A stretch of DNA of 63,798 nt, counting the filler, from Choristocarpus tenellus KU-1152 (taxonomy: Eukaryota > Protista > Phaeophyceae), in assembly GCA_964200185.2 (NCBI GenBank). It is 12 parts of 12 records of this genome, joined end to end, with 100 filler letters (N's around TTAATTAATTAA, not from the genome) between each part and the next. Parts side by side here need not be neighbours in the genome. Positions count along the whole stretch, not along the records: positions 1 to 4,182 come from CAXNAD020015813.1; positions 4,283 to 7,526 come from CAXNAD020021302.1; positions 7,627 to 13,049 come from CAXNAD020010831.1; 9 more parts are not named here. One strand, written 5' to 3'. The notes under the pieces were generated by a model. It made no database searches. It was not told the DNA's origin and saw nothing but the letters and a program-made list of their open reading frames with translations. How positions within the stretch are numbered: position 1 is the stretch's first letter; each line of letters starts with the position of its first letter. This document shows, one piece after another, positions 1-12,072 of the stretch. The position numbers and the translations under genes are program-made.

Positions 1-206
1 CCCACTCTGTAATGCAAGCCCTCCCACCCCCTACCCAATGGTCCCACCTCTTACATCTACCATGAGATTTGTTTTTCTGATGGAAAGGTGAATGAGCACA
101 AATTTTTGGAAACGATGCGAAAAGATATGAATGGAGACACGTATCATTTAGTATATCGATAGAGTATTTTGTAGACAACATATTGAGTTTAGTCAATGTC
201 ACCATT

Positions 207-466
207 GAGTCGAAGTAAACGAGAGGTACCCAGAGTTGCATTTTAAGGAAGCTGATAATTATCTACAAAATTTGGCTTTTTTCTCAAATGCGTATTGGAA
301 ATTTTCTGAACTTTGTGCAAAAGTTTCAAACAACAGAGAAGTCAACAATTCCAAGTCAAACTTAGCACTTTGACCATAAAAAATGTGGGTGAATTGCAAA
401 AGATTGGAAAACTGGCTTAAACTGGAAAATGACTGAAACCTGGGCACCCCTCGTTTACTTTGCCTC
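207..466. mobile_element. MITE family C copy (~260 bp)
   Basis: Ends GAGTCGAAGTAAACGAGAGGTACCC ... GGGCACCCCTCGTTTACTTTGCCTC form imperfect TIRs. Interior is homologous to copies at 6616, 32229 and 55038. Confidence 0.8.
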
Positions 467-656
467 GTTGTCTCACTCTATTTCCACATTATAACCATTC
501 ACAGCATGTCTTTTGTAAGCATGTGTTACTATCTGTCTCAGGCGACAAGCGACTGTGCATGATGGTACTGTTAAACCCTATTATCATTTGGGTGATCGTC
601 ATGTCTGGTAACAAATTTCAGATGGTATGATTTTCGAATTGTGATGATGTGCACAC

Positions 657-1010
657 TTGCTGAAAGTAAATCGACGAGGGATGAAGCCAAATCGTAAACA
701 TGTCACAGGAAGTTGTGTTCGTCTATCAGATTGCATCAAATACAACGTGAATGGGCTCTCCAGTCTGACCTACGCTAGATATGTGCTTGACAAATTGCTG
801 GCGATTGAACTTGTCCAGCAGGACCTGCTCTTCACGAGAACCTGATTGTGATCGCCCTCCCGGGTCTGATTCGTGCTCTACTAGGAGGATATCATTTTAT
901 TGATTGTAAAAATGATATGTTGTTCTGAACTATGCTACACCACTAATGAGTTTGAACAATATTGAAAACTGTAGGATTATTATTTTACTATTACTTCATA
1001 TTATCCCTTT
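657..1010 (+). mobile_element. Possible decayed Ty1/Copia RNase H 3' end followed by LTR-like sequence
   Basis: ORF 657-845 'NRKHVTGSCVRLSDCIK...' loosely resembles the Copia RxKHID motif. A purine run (TAGGAGGA ~882) precedes an AT-rich tract. Weak by-eye match. Confidence 0.25.
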
Positions 1011-2280
1011 CAATCTTGGCTTGGAAGAAGTCCTCATTTCCCACACAGATCGATAGAGCATACAGGTAGATTCTTGGAGTTCTCTCCGTCATGTTCACTC
1101 TAACGAAGTGCCAAGTATCAGCCCTCCTTGATCCAGTGGACTTCATTGTTGCCAACTCCTCCTGCTACAATGTCGTAATCTCAGCCAGGGTAACGTCAGG
1201 CTCGGCTGCCTCTTCCTTCCTTTCACCCATCCTTCACTTTTCTTGTCACTCAACCTCTACATGCAGGATATGTGGGTTTGACATCATAGTAGGCATGACC
1301 TACGTGCCCACCCCCACCATCCTCAGAATACCCAGGCACATTCATAGACTCATGTGGAGATGTTTAGTCAAGGTTGCTTGAGTACCCTCCCATTCCTTCA
1401 CTTTAATATGTCAGAAAATGAAAAAAACCCAAATAATTTGTAGTATTGCGTATTGAAAGAATTTAATCGTATGAATTTAATCGGAGAAGAAAGTATCCAT
1501 GTTCTTGAATATTATCGAAATGTGTATTCAGCGTATGAATGTAAGGAAGCGAATCACCGACCTCCGTGGTCGATGGGCGCAGTGCACATTCACGCAAAAA
1601 ACATCCAATCAAAAATCAACCTTAACTTTCTGTTTCGATTGATAACGATATTATCGAATCGGGGCAATTGAACAGATAGATTGATAACAAAACAGAAAAT
1701 AACAGGTATTTCGATGTTGACGATGAAAAAATGCTCACACCAAAATTCGTAGTAGTTACTATATTTTCGATTCTTAGTCGAATAACTACCAGAAAAAGCA
1801 CCAATTGACCTACCTCGCTGCTGTATGGACTCACAAAAAACGTGCTCCTTCCCGTTCGAAGTGCTGTTCTGTGATGTTTCTTTTCCATGATTGTCGACAC
1901 TATTTATCCTCCTACCTGCTCACAAATAATAATGATACGTGTGATTCCTTAGCGGCAAACAACCAAACATCCTCCAACCAATTCATGCATTCATCTTACA
2001 CACGCTCCACCACTCTCTCCCTTCCTCAAGATGATGTTCGTCTTTCGTAATTTCCACACTACTACTACTACTGCTGCTAACTACCTCCACAGAAACTAAC
2101 AACTAACTGCAAAGAACACTCACAAGCATTGCCAGTCGGATGACAACCTCTTCCTCTCCATAAAGTACGTCAGCATCAAGGCCAGACTGCAGCAAATGCA
2201 AGGAAGATCACAGCCTCGAAGTTATCGTTACCACAATCTTCTAGTTTCTTGCTCATATTGTTTTAATCAAAAGTGTATTC

Positions 2281-2493
2281 TTACGTCACTCCTTTGCAAA
2301 GGTGTAGCAACCACAAATGCATAGTGGACTGTGCTCGTACCATACAAAATACTGCAAGTTGTGCTCCGCAGCCTACACACCTAAAAACATAGAGTACTGG
2401 TAGAATAAAACAAAATGGGCTGTCAGCTGTAGCAATAATCACTCTTGACTTATCTGTACACCACTTGCATCCCACGATATTTCCTACAGACAC
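2281..2493 (-). mobile_element. Decayed Ty1/Copia reverse transcriptase fragment
   Basis: 'NIVGCKW' matches the Copia RT N-terminal motif (IVGCKWVF). The rest is degenerate. Confidence 0.35.
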
Positions 2494-2829
2494 TGAAGTC
2501 TGGTGACAGTGTGCGGTGGTCTAACAAATAATAATATTACACTTACCCTATTATGTTCACACAAAATAAGCCAAGAAGAAAGCTCCTGCACATGCTGTGC
2601 TCAAGAGCGTTCTGCAATGCATGAGGTAAGAAAGAACATCACACATACGCATGCACACCTACGCTGACTGCTACAAGGGCACAAGAATAACGCAAAGCAA
2701 GAGACTCCTACTCTTTACATCCACAAACTGGTTCACAGGGCAAATCAACTGAATGCCTCAATGGATAACAAGTTCTACGACAGAACCCAATAACGGAAGA
2801 TAAAATAATAGTAATAACACGATATACAG

Positions 2830-4078
2830 AAGTCAACCCAGAGTACGTGACATATGACATTCCACCTTGTAGGTAGCTTGTACTGCAATCTCTCCAGAGC
2901 AGGCAAATCGACACTTTCTTCTGAGAGACAGACCACTCAACGAACCTGTACAAGGAGAAAATGACTGAAAAATACCCCAAAAGGAAACAAAAAAAACACA
3001 AAAAACGAATGATACGATAAGTTTGTTTTCTTCTTTTTTGTTCTCAAGTCCATAGGCGGAAGTCTGAGGTGTGCATAACGTAATTGGACCTAATGTACAA
3101 GCATGTAGGACTTGGATAACAGAGTCTACTTGGAAGTGAGTTCTGCTGACTGATGTTGTATTACCCGTATCACAAACAGCATGCATGGAGTGACTGATGC
3201 AGGATACTTCACCAAACAAAGTAGCACATTTGCTGCAATTGTTGGACCTCTGCACCAATCATTGGGCGTCTGCCTGCATGAACAAAACACTTCATCATAT
3301 GCACATTTGCATACATAACAGAGAAATGCGCGCGCGAGCAAGAACGCAGTCTTTTTAACAAAAAAAAGGCACCAGGACTATCTTCGGCTAGGAAGCCACA
3401 ATACCGTTGTAACAACTAGAGCAAAGAGTCAAATAAAGGTTTGGCATGAATATACACTGACTCCCAAACGATACAATAACATCAGCCGACCAGCTTGGAC
3501 CTGCATGTTGAACAAAGTGTGAGGAGAAGCACAAAAGCAAACGAAACATCGAGATACTTCATGGTATGATCCACACCACAACACAGATCAATATTAAAAT
3601 AAATCGACTCAGTCTCCACTCAGAGCATGACTCTCCACTGCAGATTCTCCTGGTCGCAATAGTATGGGGCAGCATCAGTATCGTCCTTGGGATACATGAG
3701 GTCCATTTGACCCCCCCCGAGGAGGGACTGTTGCAACACCGCCTCCACAAGGCTTTCACGGTCCTCCCTCCCCTCCACCTATCACGAGGGTTGAGCCATC
3801 AGTTAGTAGATGGGAGTTGGATTTTGGACCAAGGGGCAATACTTACTCTGACCTCTAGCAACGGAATTGCCCACCTCTCAAAGAGTTGAATAATTGATTC
3901 AGAGGACACTAATAGCAGGTGGAACCAAAATCATTGCACTATTCCAAAAATTCACGTTAAAAACAGTGTTGTCTCAAGTAGTGATGTAGTATTGCACAAT
4001 ACCTATACCATCCCATCCAATCTCTCCGACACTATTGTCACACCAATAGCCCAAACCAAAACGAGCAGTGAATATTCC
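2830..4078 (-). mobile_element. Decayed Ty3/gypsy pol (RT-RNase H) relic
   Basis: Minus-strand translation gives colinear degenerate gypsy RT motifs: 'EYS....WAIGVTIVSERLDGMV*VLC', 'LNQLFNSLRGGQF', 'GGVKWTSCI', 'MKYLDV', then RNase H-like 'GAFFLL...SR'. Many stops and frameshifts. Confidence 0.55.
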
Positions 4079-4080
4079 AA

Positions 4081-4122
4081 GGCTCAAAATATCTGGGGGG
4101 GGGGGGGGGGGGGGGGTGGCGG
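4081..4122. mobile_element. MITE family B, truncated copy at contig end
   Basis: GGCTCAAAATATCT + poly-G + TGGCGG is the left end of family B. Sequence becomes low-complexity after the G run. Confidence 0.7.
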
Positions 4123-4182
4123 TCCTTTTTGGGGCCCATTTTTCCCTTTTGTTTCTTTGGGGGGTTTTGTTGTTTGGGTGGG

Positions 4183-4282
4183 NNNNNNNNNNNNNNNNNN
4201 NNNNNNNNNNNNNNNNNNNNNNNNNNTTAATTAATTAANNNNNNNNNNNNNNNNNNNNNNNNNNNNNNNNNNNNNNNNNNNN
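4183..4282. other. Artificial contig-joining linker (44 N + TTAATTAATTAA + 44 N), first of 11
   Basis: Identical 100-bp structure with stops in all six frames. Others at 7527-7626, 13050-13149, 15820-15919, 20401-20500, 24154-24253, 30108-30207, 33008-33107, 40629-40728, 50112-50211, 59611-59710. Confidence 0.98.
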
Positions 4283-7200
4283 CAGAGGGAGTGGAGGGGG
4301 GTGGTGTCATAGGGAGACCATTGGATTTTGCCCACCGCTACCCAAAGACTGCTTGGGTGCCACAGGGGACGAGAGAGTAGCAGGAGAAGGACAGGAGGAG
4401 GGTAGAGGACGCTGCCTAGGGGGAAGCACTCAGGTACCTGAGTCATCTGCTGCAGAGAGAAGGGGTGGGAAGAGGGAAGTGCAAACAAGATGGAAAGTTA
4501 GGGAGGTACTCCACACGGCACACACGTTTGTGGGCACAGTGACGTACATGTCACCTGAACGCATAAGGGGAGAGGACTACTCCTATGCATCAGACGTCTG
4601 GAGTCTGGGACTGTCCCTTCTCACCACTGCACTAGGGAAACTTCCATTCAGCAACAAGGCAGGGTATTGGAGTGTTCTCCACTTCATCAGGTGTGGAGGC
4701 AGAAACGGTGTGTGAAGGAGGGGAATATTATAGAAATAATACTACTAGTAGTAGTTCGAAGTAGGAGACTGTATGCATGTCTTTTCAGATACGATGCCCT
4801 TCTTGAGGTATATCATATTCCAAGTACTATTGGATAAACAACTTGCCTCCCTCTTCTTTTTTTCTCCCCAATATACCTGCCGTTGATAATATTATTTATG
4901 ATAAGATTGAGGGTTAGGAGTTATGGTGCAAAACGAAATGTGAACACCAATAGGAGAGTGAGCATGCCAGCCTTAGTCAATAGGGTGCGACTTCTCCTCA
5001 ACATCGGCATCACTCCTCAGTGAAATATAGAACTCTTCTCCTTGAGATAATTGCAATGCTGGCGTCCTGTCCGGAGACACAAGAAGCTCTCAACTGAAAT
5101 GGTATCAAGGTGACAAAGGGCAAAGAATATGATAAGAACTTTCTCGCAGAGCATGGGCACTTTCTGGTAGTACCTGCATGCAAGCGTGTCTGTAACAACA
5201 GTGATATTTATTTATTTTCCTCTCATTTAATCCGTAGTGGCAATCAATGTGCCGAGTGCAGCACTTCAAAGTTCTTACAAGGCAGTACTATGAATATGAT
5301 CAACCCTTTAAAACAAGTGTCTACTAGATGTAAAAAGGGCTCCGATTCTCCCACAAAATAGGCACAAGGCTGTCCTCTTGTCACACAAGTGGTACCAAGA
5401 AGCCACCACGACAAAACTGAGGGGTAGTGGACATACAACGGAATGAAGAGCAAGGTGATTTATGCGAACCAATAGAAAATGCATTACCAGTTAATGCCAT
5501 ATTATTGAACCAGTATGGTAGGATCCACTTGCCCTCAATGATGGCAACACTCAAGTGGAGGTTACAAACACATATAGTAAAACATACTGAAACATCTGCT
5601 TCAAACCCTCGATTTTTCCATAATGTCCAACCCAATGACGTGGGGGAGGGAGTCATGCCACATTGCCTTCATATTTACATTAATCGTGGGCTGGAAGGGT
5701 ATCATTTTGTACAAAGTTCATTCAGGCACGAAATGTCTAACAAAGCAAGTCCCTCCTGCATTTCCAAGTCTCTGCTATTTTCGCTGTATAACGACGTGTT
5801 TTATGTGTAATAATCCATGCACCCCATGCAGATATGTTGCCCCCTCCAACACCATTGCTGCATATTTCTCAGCTAACAACGATTCTTCACAGTATGTGGG
5901 GCACGTGGGAACAGATTGTACTGCTGATCTTCTTGTCTCATGAAGAACCTGTCTACTGTAGGCATATATATATATATATATATATATCGTACACCTATCC
6001 GAGTACTGTAAAGAAGTATATTCTACATAGTGACACACCAGGTGAATACTTCAAGTACAAAAGTTGGCAGTGAAAGGGGGACATGACTCAGGAGTGCATA
6101 CACTATACATAGACATATGTAAACACACAGTAAGGCACACACACACAGCTGCAATATCTAAGGTACCTTGAAACACAACACAGGAATGCTGAAGCCCCTA
6201 CCCTTCCTGACCAAGGCCAGTGGTCTTCTGAGTTTCGAGAATTCCTCTCCCTCTGCCTCCAGAAGGACCCAACAAAGCGACCAGACTGCAAGAGTCTACT
6301 CAATAGTCCGTTTATAGTACAAGCTGCTCAACGGGAGCTCCTAGGGGGAAACAGGTACTTAGTGGACACTCTGAGCATCTTCTTCTTCAAGTGTGTTGCT
6401 CCACTGCCTTGTATGTCCCAATCGCCTGGTGTGGGGATGAGTCAAAGGGGATTCCCTTATCAGTGTAGATAACCAACTCCTAAATCAAATCCCTGTGAAG
6501 ATAAACACCAGGAAGAAGAGCCCACCCTGAACAGCACTCGGCACTGACTTTGTGTGGCAGATGTTCTACATGCCACAGATCCATCCTATATACTCCGAGC
6601 AGTGCATTCATAAATGAGTCGAAGTAAACAGAGTTGTCTTTTTTATTTTAAGGATGCCGGCAAATATGTTCAAAATTTGATTTGATTTGACTTTGAAGTT
6701 CATACAGGATAAATTTATTAATTGTGCACAAAATTTTCGAACAACAGAGAAACCAACCCTCTCAAGTCATAACGTAGCGCTTCATCCATGGAAACATGGA
6801 TGAAGCAAAAAGGTTGAAAAACTGGCTTGAAATACAAAACGGCCAGAAAACCGGGTACCTCTCGTCTACTTTGACTCACTATGGGAGAGCGTAGTACAAC
6901 CCATTTAGAGTCGTACCCAAACTAATCTAACTCTCCACCCCTGATTCCCTACACGTTTCCGTTTTTATCCCCTACCCCATCCACCCTTTACCCTCTTTGC
7001 CGTTGCCCGTTTCTTGAATTAAAAGCATCACATCATCTTCTACCAGTTCAGATGCTTTAGAGTTCCAGGAGCACAGGATGTCCGAGCTCAGTGAAACTCT
7101 CTCTGCTGTCCACAACCACATCAAGCGGCTAATTGGGGATGCTCGGAATTCTCCACCTACACTGCCTTCCTGCACCCTGCTTTCAACGGCAACAGCCATG

Positions 7201-7488
7201 GGAAAGTGGGCAACAGTGGAAGACAAAGGTGCGGACGGACAAACAGCAGTTTCGAAAGCCCTAACAATTGCAGTAGCGGAGGAAGCAGCTGTCATAACAA
7301 CAGCCTCAACAGCTGAACATGAGAGGATGGTGTCTACAAACACAGGGCAGCACTCACAACGGGCAAGGTTGCTGCAGTGTTGGGACTCTGTGAGGGAACT
7401 TTTCCTCGGAGAGGATAGAAAGGAAGGCCTGGGTTATTTTGCCTACCAGATAGGCCTGCCCCATGTGATGGTTGAGCAAAAAGTAGAG
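4283..7488 (+). CDS. MAP kinase kinase (MAP2K/STE7 family), partial; exons <4283-4690, 6184-6354, 7047-7488
   Basis: [31 protein letters not shown]...ALGKLPF (subdomains VIII-IX) and [21 protein letters not shown] (XI). GT-AG junctions join in phase. Truncated at both contig ends. Confidence 0.9.
4960..5660 (-). mobile_element. Possible decayed Copia RT relic inside the MAP2K intron
   Basis: '[14 protein letters not shown]...G...KSP' resembles the Copia RT start (GKWVxxWK). Heavily degraded. Confidence 0.3.
6616..6877. mobile_element. MITE family C copy in MAP2K intron
   Basis: GAGTCGAAGTAAAC ... GGGTACCTCTCGTCTACTTTGACTC; interior similar to 207-466. Confidence 0.8.
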
Positions 7489-7626
7489 GTGAGTCCTAAA
7501 GGCAAGGGGGAGCATCAGTTGGGAGGNNNNNNNNNNNNNNNNNNNNNNNNNNNNNNNNNNNNNNNNNNNNTTAATTAATTAANNNNNNNNNNNNNNNNNN
7601 NNNNNNNNNNNNNNNNNNNNNNNNNN

Positions 7627-7675
7627 AATTGACCCCAAATGGACAGCCGCCACCCCCTCCCAGATACTTCGAGCC
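7627..7675. mobile_element. MITE family B, truncated copy at contig start
   Basis: CCCCAAATGGACAGCCGCCACCCCCTCCCAGATACTTCGAGCC is a family B end. Confidence 0.75.
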
Positions 7676-8140
7676 ACCACACTCCACATGTATTTTTGAG
7701 GGGAGCGAGCAAAACGAGTGAGAGGTCAACCTTTTAAATTGGGTATTCATTTTTCCTTTTGGGGGGGGGTAGGGTACCTAAAAAAAATTGTAGGTTGAAG
7801 ATCAAAACAGCCTTCACTGCCCTGCATGTAGTGAGCAAGTAGGGCATATCGGAGACATTACTTGTAGCTCTTCTAGAGCATTTTAATATCATGAGTCTCA
7901 AGAACCTGAGCTTTCCCTACGAGTACTTCCATTGATCGTCCATTCGTTTCCTCTGTATCTATTTCAAACTGTCTGTACAGCCTGGGAATAAAATATCGAG
8001 CGATCAAACTACCAGAGGGGTTTTGCCACAAATCTATCATATGCTCTGCTCCCTCTTCTCGCTTTTACAACAAATGAATACTGCGAGGGTCAAGGGATTT
8101 ATGATGGTTTCTTCCAGATGTTTGTGGTTTGTCGCTACAG

Positions 8141-9803
8141 CCCACAGGGTAACATTGATGGGCAGTTCAACGACCAAGTTCTTGCCGATCCACTAGCCAC
8201 TTGTAATGGTGGAGGAACTGGTGACCCTCACATATCCGGGTTGAAAGGACAAAAGTTTGACTTCTCTGGAGTGACCAACTCTTGGTATGCACTGCTCCAT
8301 GAGAAAAAGGTTAGCCTCAACATGCGCGTTACAGCTCCGGTTCCTGGCCTCGATCTCATCATACATAACGGGGATCGTTATGGTCCTCACTGGTTATGAT
8401 GGGGAGAAATCACACCGTGGTCATTACCGTTGAGCATCTTCAACCCAAGTGCCTGAAGGACCAGGTTCCATGCATTGCGGACGGGGCTCTATCTGTGATC
8501 GTTGATGGCGACAAGGCTGGACTTGGGAAGGTGCGTTTCTTAACTTCTGTCTTCATTGGATTTGTAGTTGTGTTTGAGGTGTCGACTTCAAATCATTTTA
8601 AGATACTCCTCAAGTTCTGTTCATTCATGACAAAGGAATCAATCTAGGTGTAGTTGAAAAAGTATTGAGAGGCAGTACTTGAGGCGGGATACATTCATTG
8701 GGCTGGTGACCAAGTGAATATACTAAGTATCCAAAGGCAGAGGTGTGCATTCCTCTTGCTTTGATGTCCCACCATGACATTTTATTAGCTCTAATGAACA
8801 TCTACTGAGTTTCACCGTTGCTATACTTTTTGTGCTGCCTCACCATAGGTATCTCTTGGTGGTGGTGTTGGCGTCACAGCTGTCAACCTTCCTGGAGAGT
8901 GCCGGCCCTTTTGGTTTGAACAGTACTGGCTGGAGAAAACGAAACTGTCTGAACAAATTGGTGTAGACCAATCTCGACGCCTTGTCTCTGATGTGCCGAC
9001 GGAGGATTGGATCATGAACGAAACCAAACAAACCCTGTTGAATGTGAGGAATACGTTCTCAGAGCAGCAGCAGACGGCACCCTATTTGACTTGCAATCTG
9101 AGCACACATCATTCCAGATAACATCACCTGAGTTGTCCCTACGTATCAACCATGGGAAGATCCACCAAGTGGCATAGACCCAACTGACAAGTTCGATCTT
9201 CCTGATCACATAGCTTATCAGATGAAGATCATTGTTGAGGAGATCAGCCTAGATGATGATCCTCAGGTATGCACTCTGGGGAAGAGAGTTGTTTGATTTA
9301 GTAAGGAAGGACTTTCTTAAATGTTTGGTCCCAATAGAAAATGTATTGTAGGGATGAGTTGAAAACAATTTGATTCGCATTTCTCGCATATGCAGTATTA
9401 ATGTTGGTTAGTACATGCAGCAAATTTAACGTGTGATTTCATTGCAATGTACCTCTTTACCACTAGACTTCAATGTCTCGAAATAGTCGGCGTAGAGATC
9501 AGATGAAAGGGGGACATATTTTACATTCTAACAAATTCTTTCACTTTAGGCATTTTTCAATAATAAAGGTTATTCTTTGTTGCATATGAGCCGCATTGAA
9601 AGTATATACTTAATGGTACAATTGATCATTTGGTGCTGTCCTGCAAATGTTGAACTGTGCAGGGTATTTTGGGTGAAACTGTTCATCCAACTGTGAACGA
9701 GATGGGAGAGTTTATCATGACAGGACCTGGCGCTATTCGTGGGGAGGAAGAAGACTATGTAGTGGCAGGCCCTCTTGCAATGGGCTTTATCCTTCACCTG
9801 TGA
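8141..9803 (+). pseudogene. GDPH-motif (VWD/root-cap-like) extracellular domain gene with frameshifts; exons ~8141-8530, ~8850-9266, 9663-9803
   Basis: GTGDPHISGLKGQKFDFSG...WYALL, PCIADGALSVIVDG, VTAVNLPGECRPFWFE, GILGETVHP...AIRGEEEDYVV. The reading needs several frameshifts (~8360, ~8410, ~9030, ~9175). Confidence 0.75.
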
Positions 9804-10559
9804 ATGATATAATCACCAGCAATTGCTTTGTGCAACTACATGCGTGGTGTGTAAGGTGTGAATTAAGTAGTGAAGAGTTGAGCTCGTATTGATTCGAGTG
9901 AGTACTAATAAGTCGCATGCCCTAAAATTGTTTTCAGTTTTGGAGTTCGAAATAGTCAGAGTAAAGGTAATAATTGCTTTTATTCTGGGTTTTATTCAGT
10001 GTCAATGTTTGCAGGAGGTATTTTTATCTTTGCATTAGAAATCAAGGAGGTAAGCTCCACTCCTCTATCATCCAACTCAACTGTTAGCACCCAAGAAGGT
10101 GGGTAGATGGAAGAGATTACCTTGACCCTGGCCTTCAAGAATATATGTTAACTTCGAAACTGACTTTGACATTTCCTCTGGTGTGATACCCATATCCATC
10201 CACGAACATTGTTGGTAACTAAGTTCTTCCCCATAATTTTGTCACTGATGTCGGTAGTTACTATTTGACGTATCTGGAGTATTTCTTCATTCCTACCACT
10301 TTAAGAAATATTTTCCAAGTACCACTGGAGCTCAAGTGTCCCAACCTCAAAAGAAGTACATGAGGTCAAAAGTGTGGACAGGACCCCTCACAATGAAGCG
10401 TCCCAGGAGCTGTACCGAAAGACTAGGGTTGGTTGAGGCTTATGACTAGAAGGAGTTAGACAGGAAATGATTGATATATATTGTTGCGCCCCTAATTGCG
10501 AATCTTGCTTTCATGCCACGTATTGGTGACATCCTGTACAGATCATATGTGTATATATA

Positions 10560-11470
10560 TATATGATATGTGAACCAACAGAAAGTGGTGTCGGATCCTT
10601 CAAACAGTCTTGTACCTGCCACATTGAGTCAATCTGTAGATGTTGCTTCTCAAATTCTTGTTGGTATATCTTGTGTAGATTCGACTGGTGAAAGAACAAG
10701 AAAATCCTTACATCGTTCCAATGACTTGCTATATTTAAAACAAGAGCAGACATGGATAGCTCAGAAAGGAAAGCATGAGTCATAGGCCACCAATGTGCGT
10801 TTCAAATTGGGTGCAAAATAGCAAAACGCAAAAACAAAAGAATGAAAGGTGTTCTAGTTCCGCAGGATTGTCTCCATCTTAAGGTAATAGTGCACACGTG
10901 AGTCAGACCAAATGCATGGGTGGGTTAGCCCTCCCTCCTTGTCATGGAAGCAGTTCTTACTGAGTGAGGGGTTCATAAATGCCTTTCCTGGTGTGCTGAA
11001 CCTGTGCAAGTTGGTGCTCAAGTCACCTGTTGATATATCTTGTGCTGATCTGATAGGTCAAACAAAATGTGATTTTTGACCACTCCTTCCGATGGTTTCT
11101 TACCTGCCACTACTGCATTGTCTCTGACCGCGAGTGTTGCTGCTCAAGTTACTTGTTGGTATCTTGTCCAGATTGCTCTGCGAAACCGGATAGAAACGGT
11201 TGTAGACTGTTCCAACAGTTCGACAAACTATATACACCACATCTATCCGTACTCTTAATTACAAACATTGCTGCTCAAGTCACCTGGTGTTGATCTTTTG
11301 TGCGGATGTGAGTTGCGATACGAAGAGAATGGTTTGGGATCCTTCCAATGACTTTGCAACTACCACGGTACGCATAGCTATATGCTTACCGAGCAGCGTA
11401 TTGATATCTTGTGCAAATGAAATGGTGAAAAGTATAGAAAACCATTTCGGATCCTTCCAACGGATTTGTG
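10560..11470. repeat. Degenerate ~110-130 bp repeats (core TGCTGCTCAAGT.AC.TGTTG.TATATCTTGTG ... GGATCCTTCCAA)
   Basis: Core recurs at ~10642, ~11013, ~11138, ~11268 and partially ~11400. GATCCTTC(C/A)AA recurs at ~10594, 11338 and 11450. Confidence 0.6.
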
Positions 11471-11813
11471 TCATCGTGTGCGTTAATGTCGTTGCTATTG
11501 GTATTTTCTGCTGTGGGGATTTCACAGGTGCATTCTAAGGATGGCGACAAAGATTTGCAAACTGCGGCTTTTTTTACTTATGCTTACATGACATTTTCCG
11601 AATTTTGTCGAAGAGTTTCAAACAATAGTCAACGTGGAGTACAGGACTAAGCTAGGTTGGAGGCACAGGAAGGGAACGATGTAGCATAACTGGTACTAAA
11701 ATAGTGAATAGATGAATTTTTTCCACGTTTATGGCACCTACTACTACTTCTTTTGGGTCTATTCTGACATGTGAATAGTTTTTGTTGATTTTCCCCTCAC
11801 ACATCCGTAAAAT

Positions 11814-12072
11814 GACCCAAAGTATCTTGGAGGGTAGGGCCGTGTCCATTTGGGGATCAAAATCTAAGGTCCCTATTTGGATGAAATTTTGACTGTTGTG
11901 TTTTGTTTGGAAGTGTCAATATCCTTGTTCCAGACACACCTTTTCATAACATAGACACTTTACCTACTCTGAAATATTTTTGAGTAGGTATTTGTCACAA
12001 AAAAAACATGCGAGGCTAAGCCCCAAATGGACAAACAGGGCAAAACTCGTACCCTCTAAGATACTTTCCCTC
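11814..12072. mobile_element. MITE family A copy (259 bp), TSD AAAT
   Basis: TIR core AAAGTATCTT.GAGGGTA / TACCCTCTAAGATACTTT. AAAT at 11810-11813 and 12073-12076. A related empty site lies at ~16335-16357. Confidence 0.9.

Noticed and set aside
4227-4238. Recurring TTAATTAATTAA (PacI-like) motif as a biological repeat or TTAA target site
   Set aside because: Always centred in exactly 44+44 Ns; it is an artificial six-frame-stop linker.
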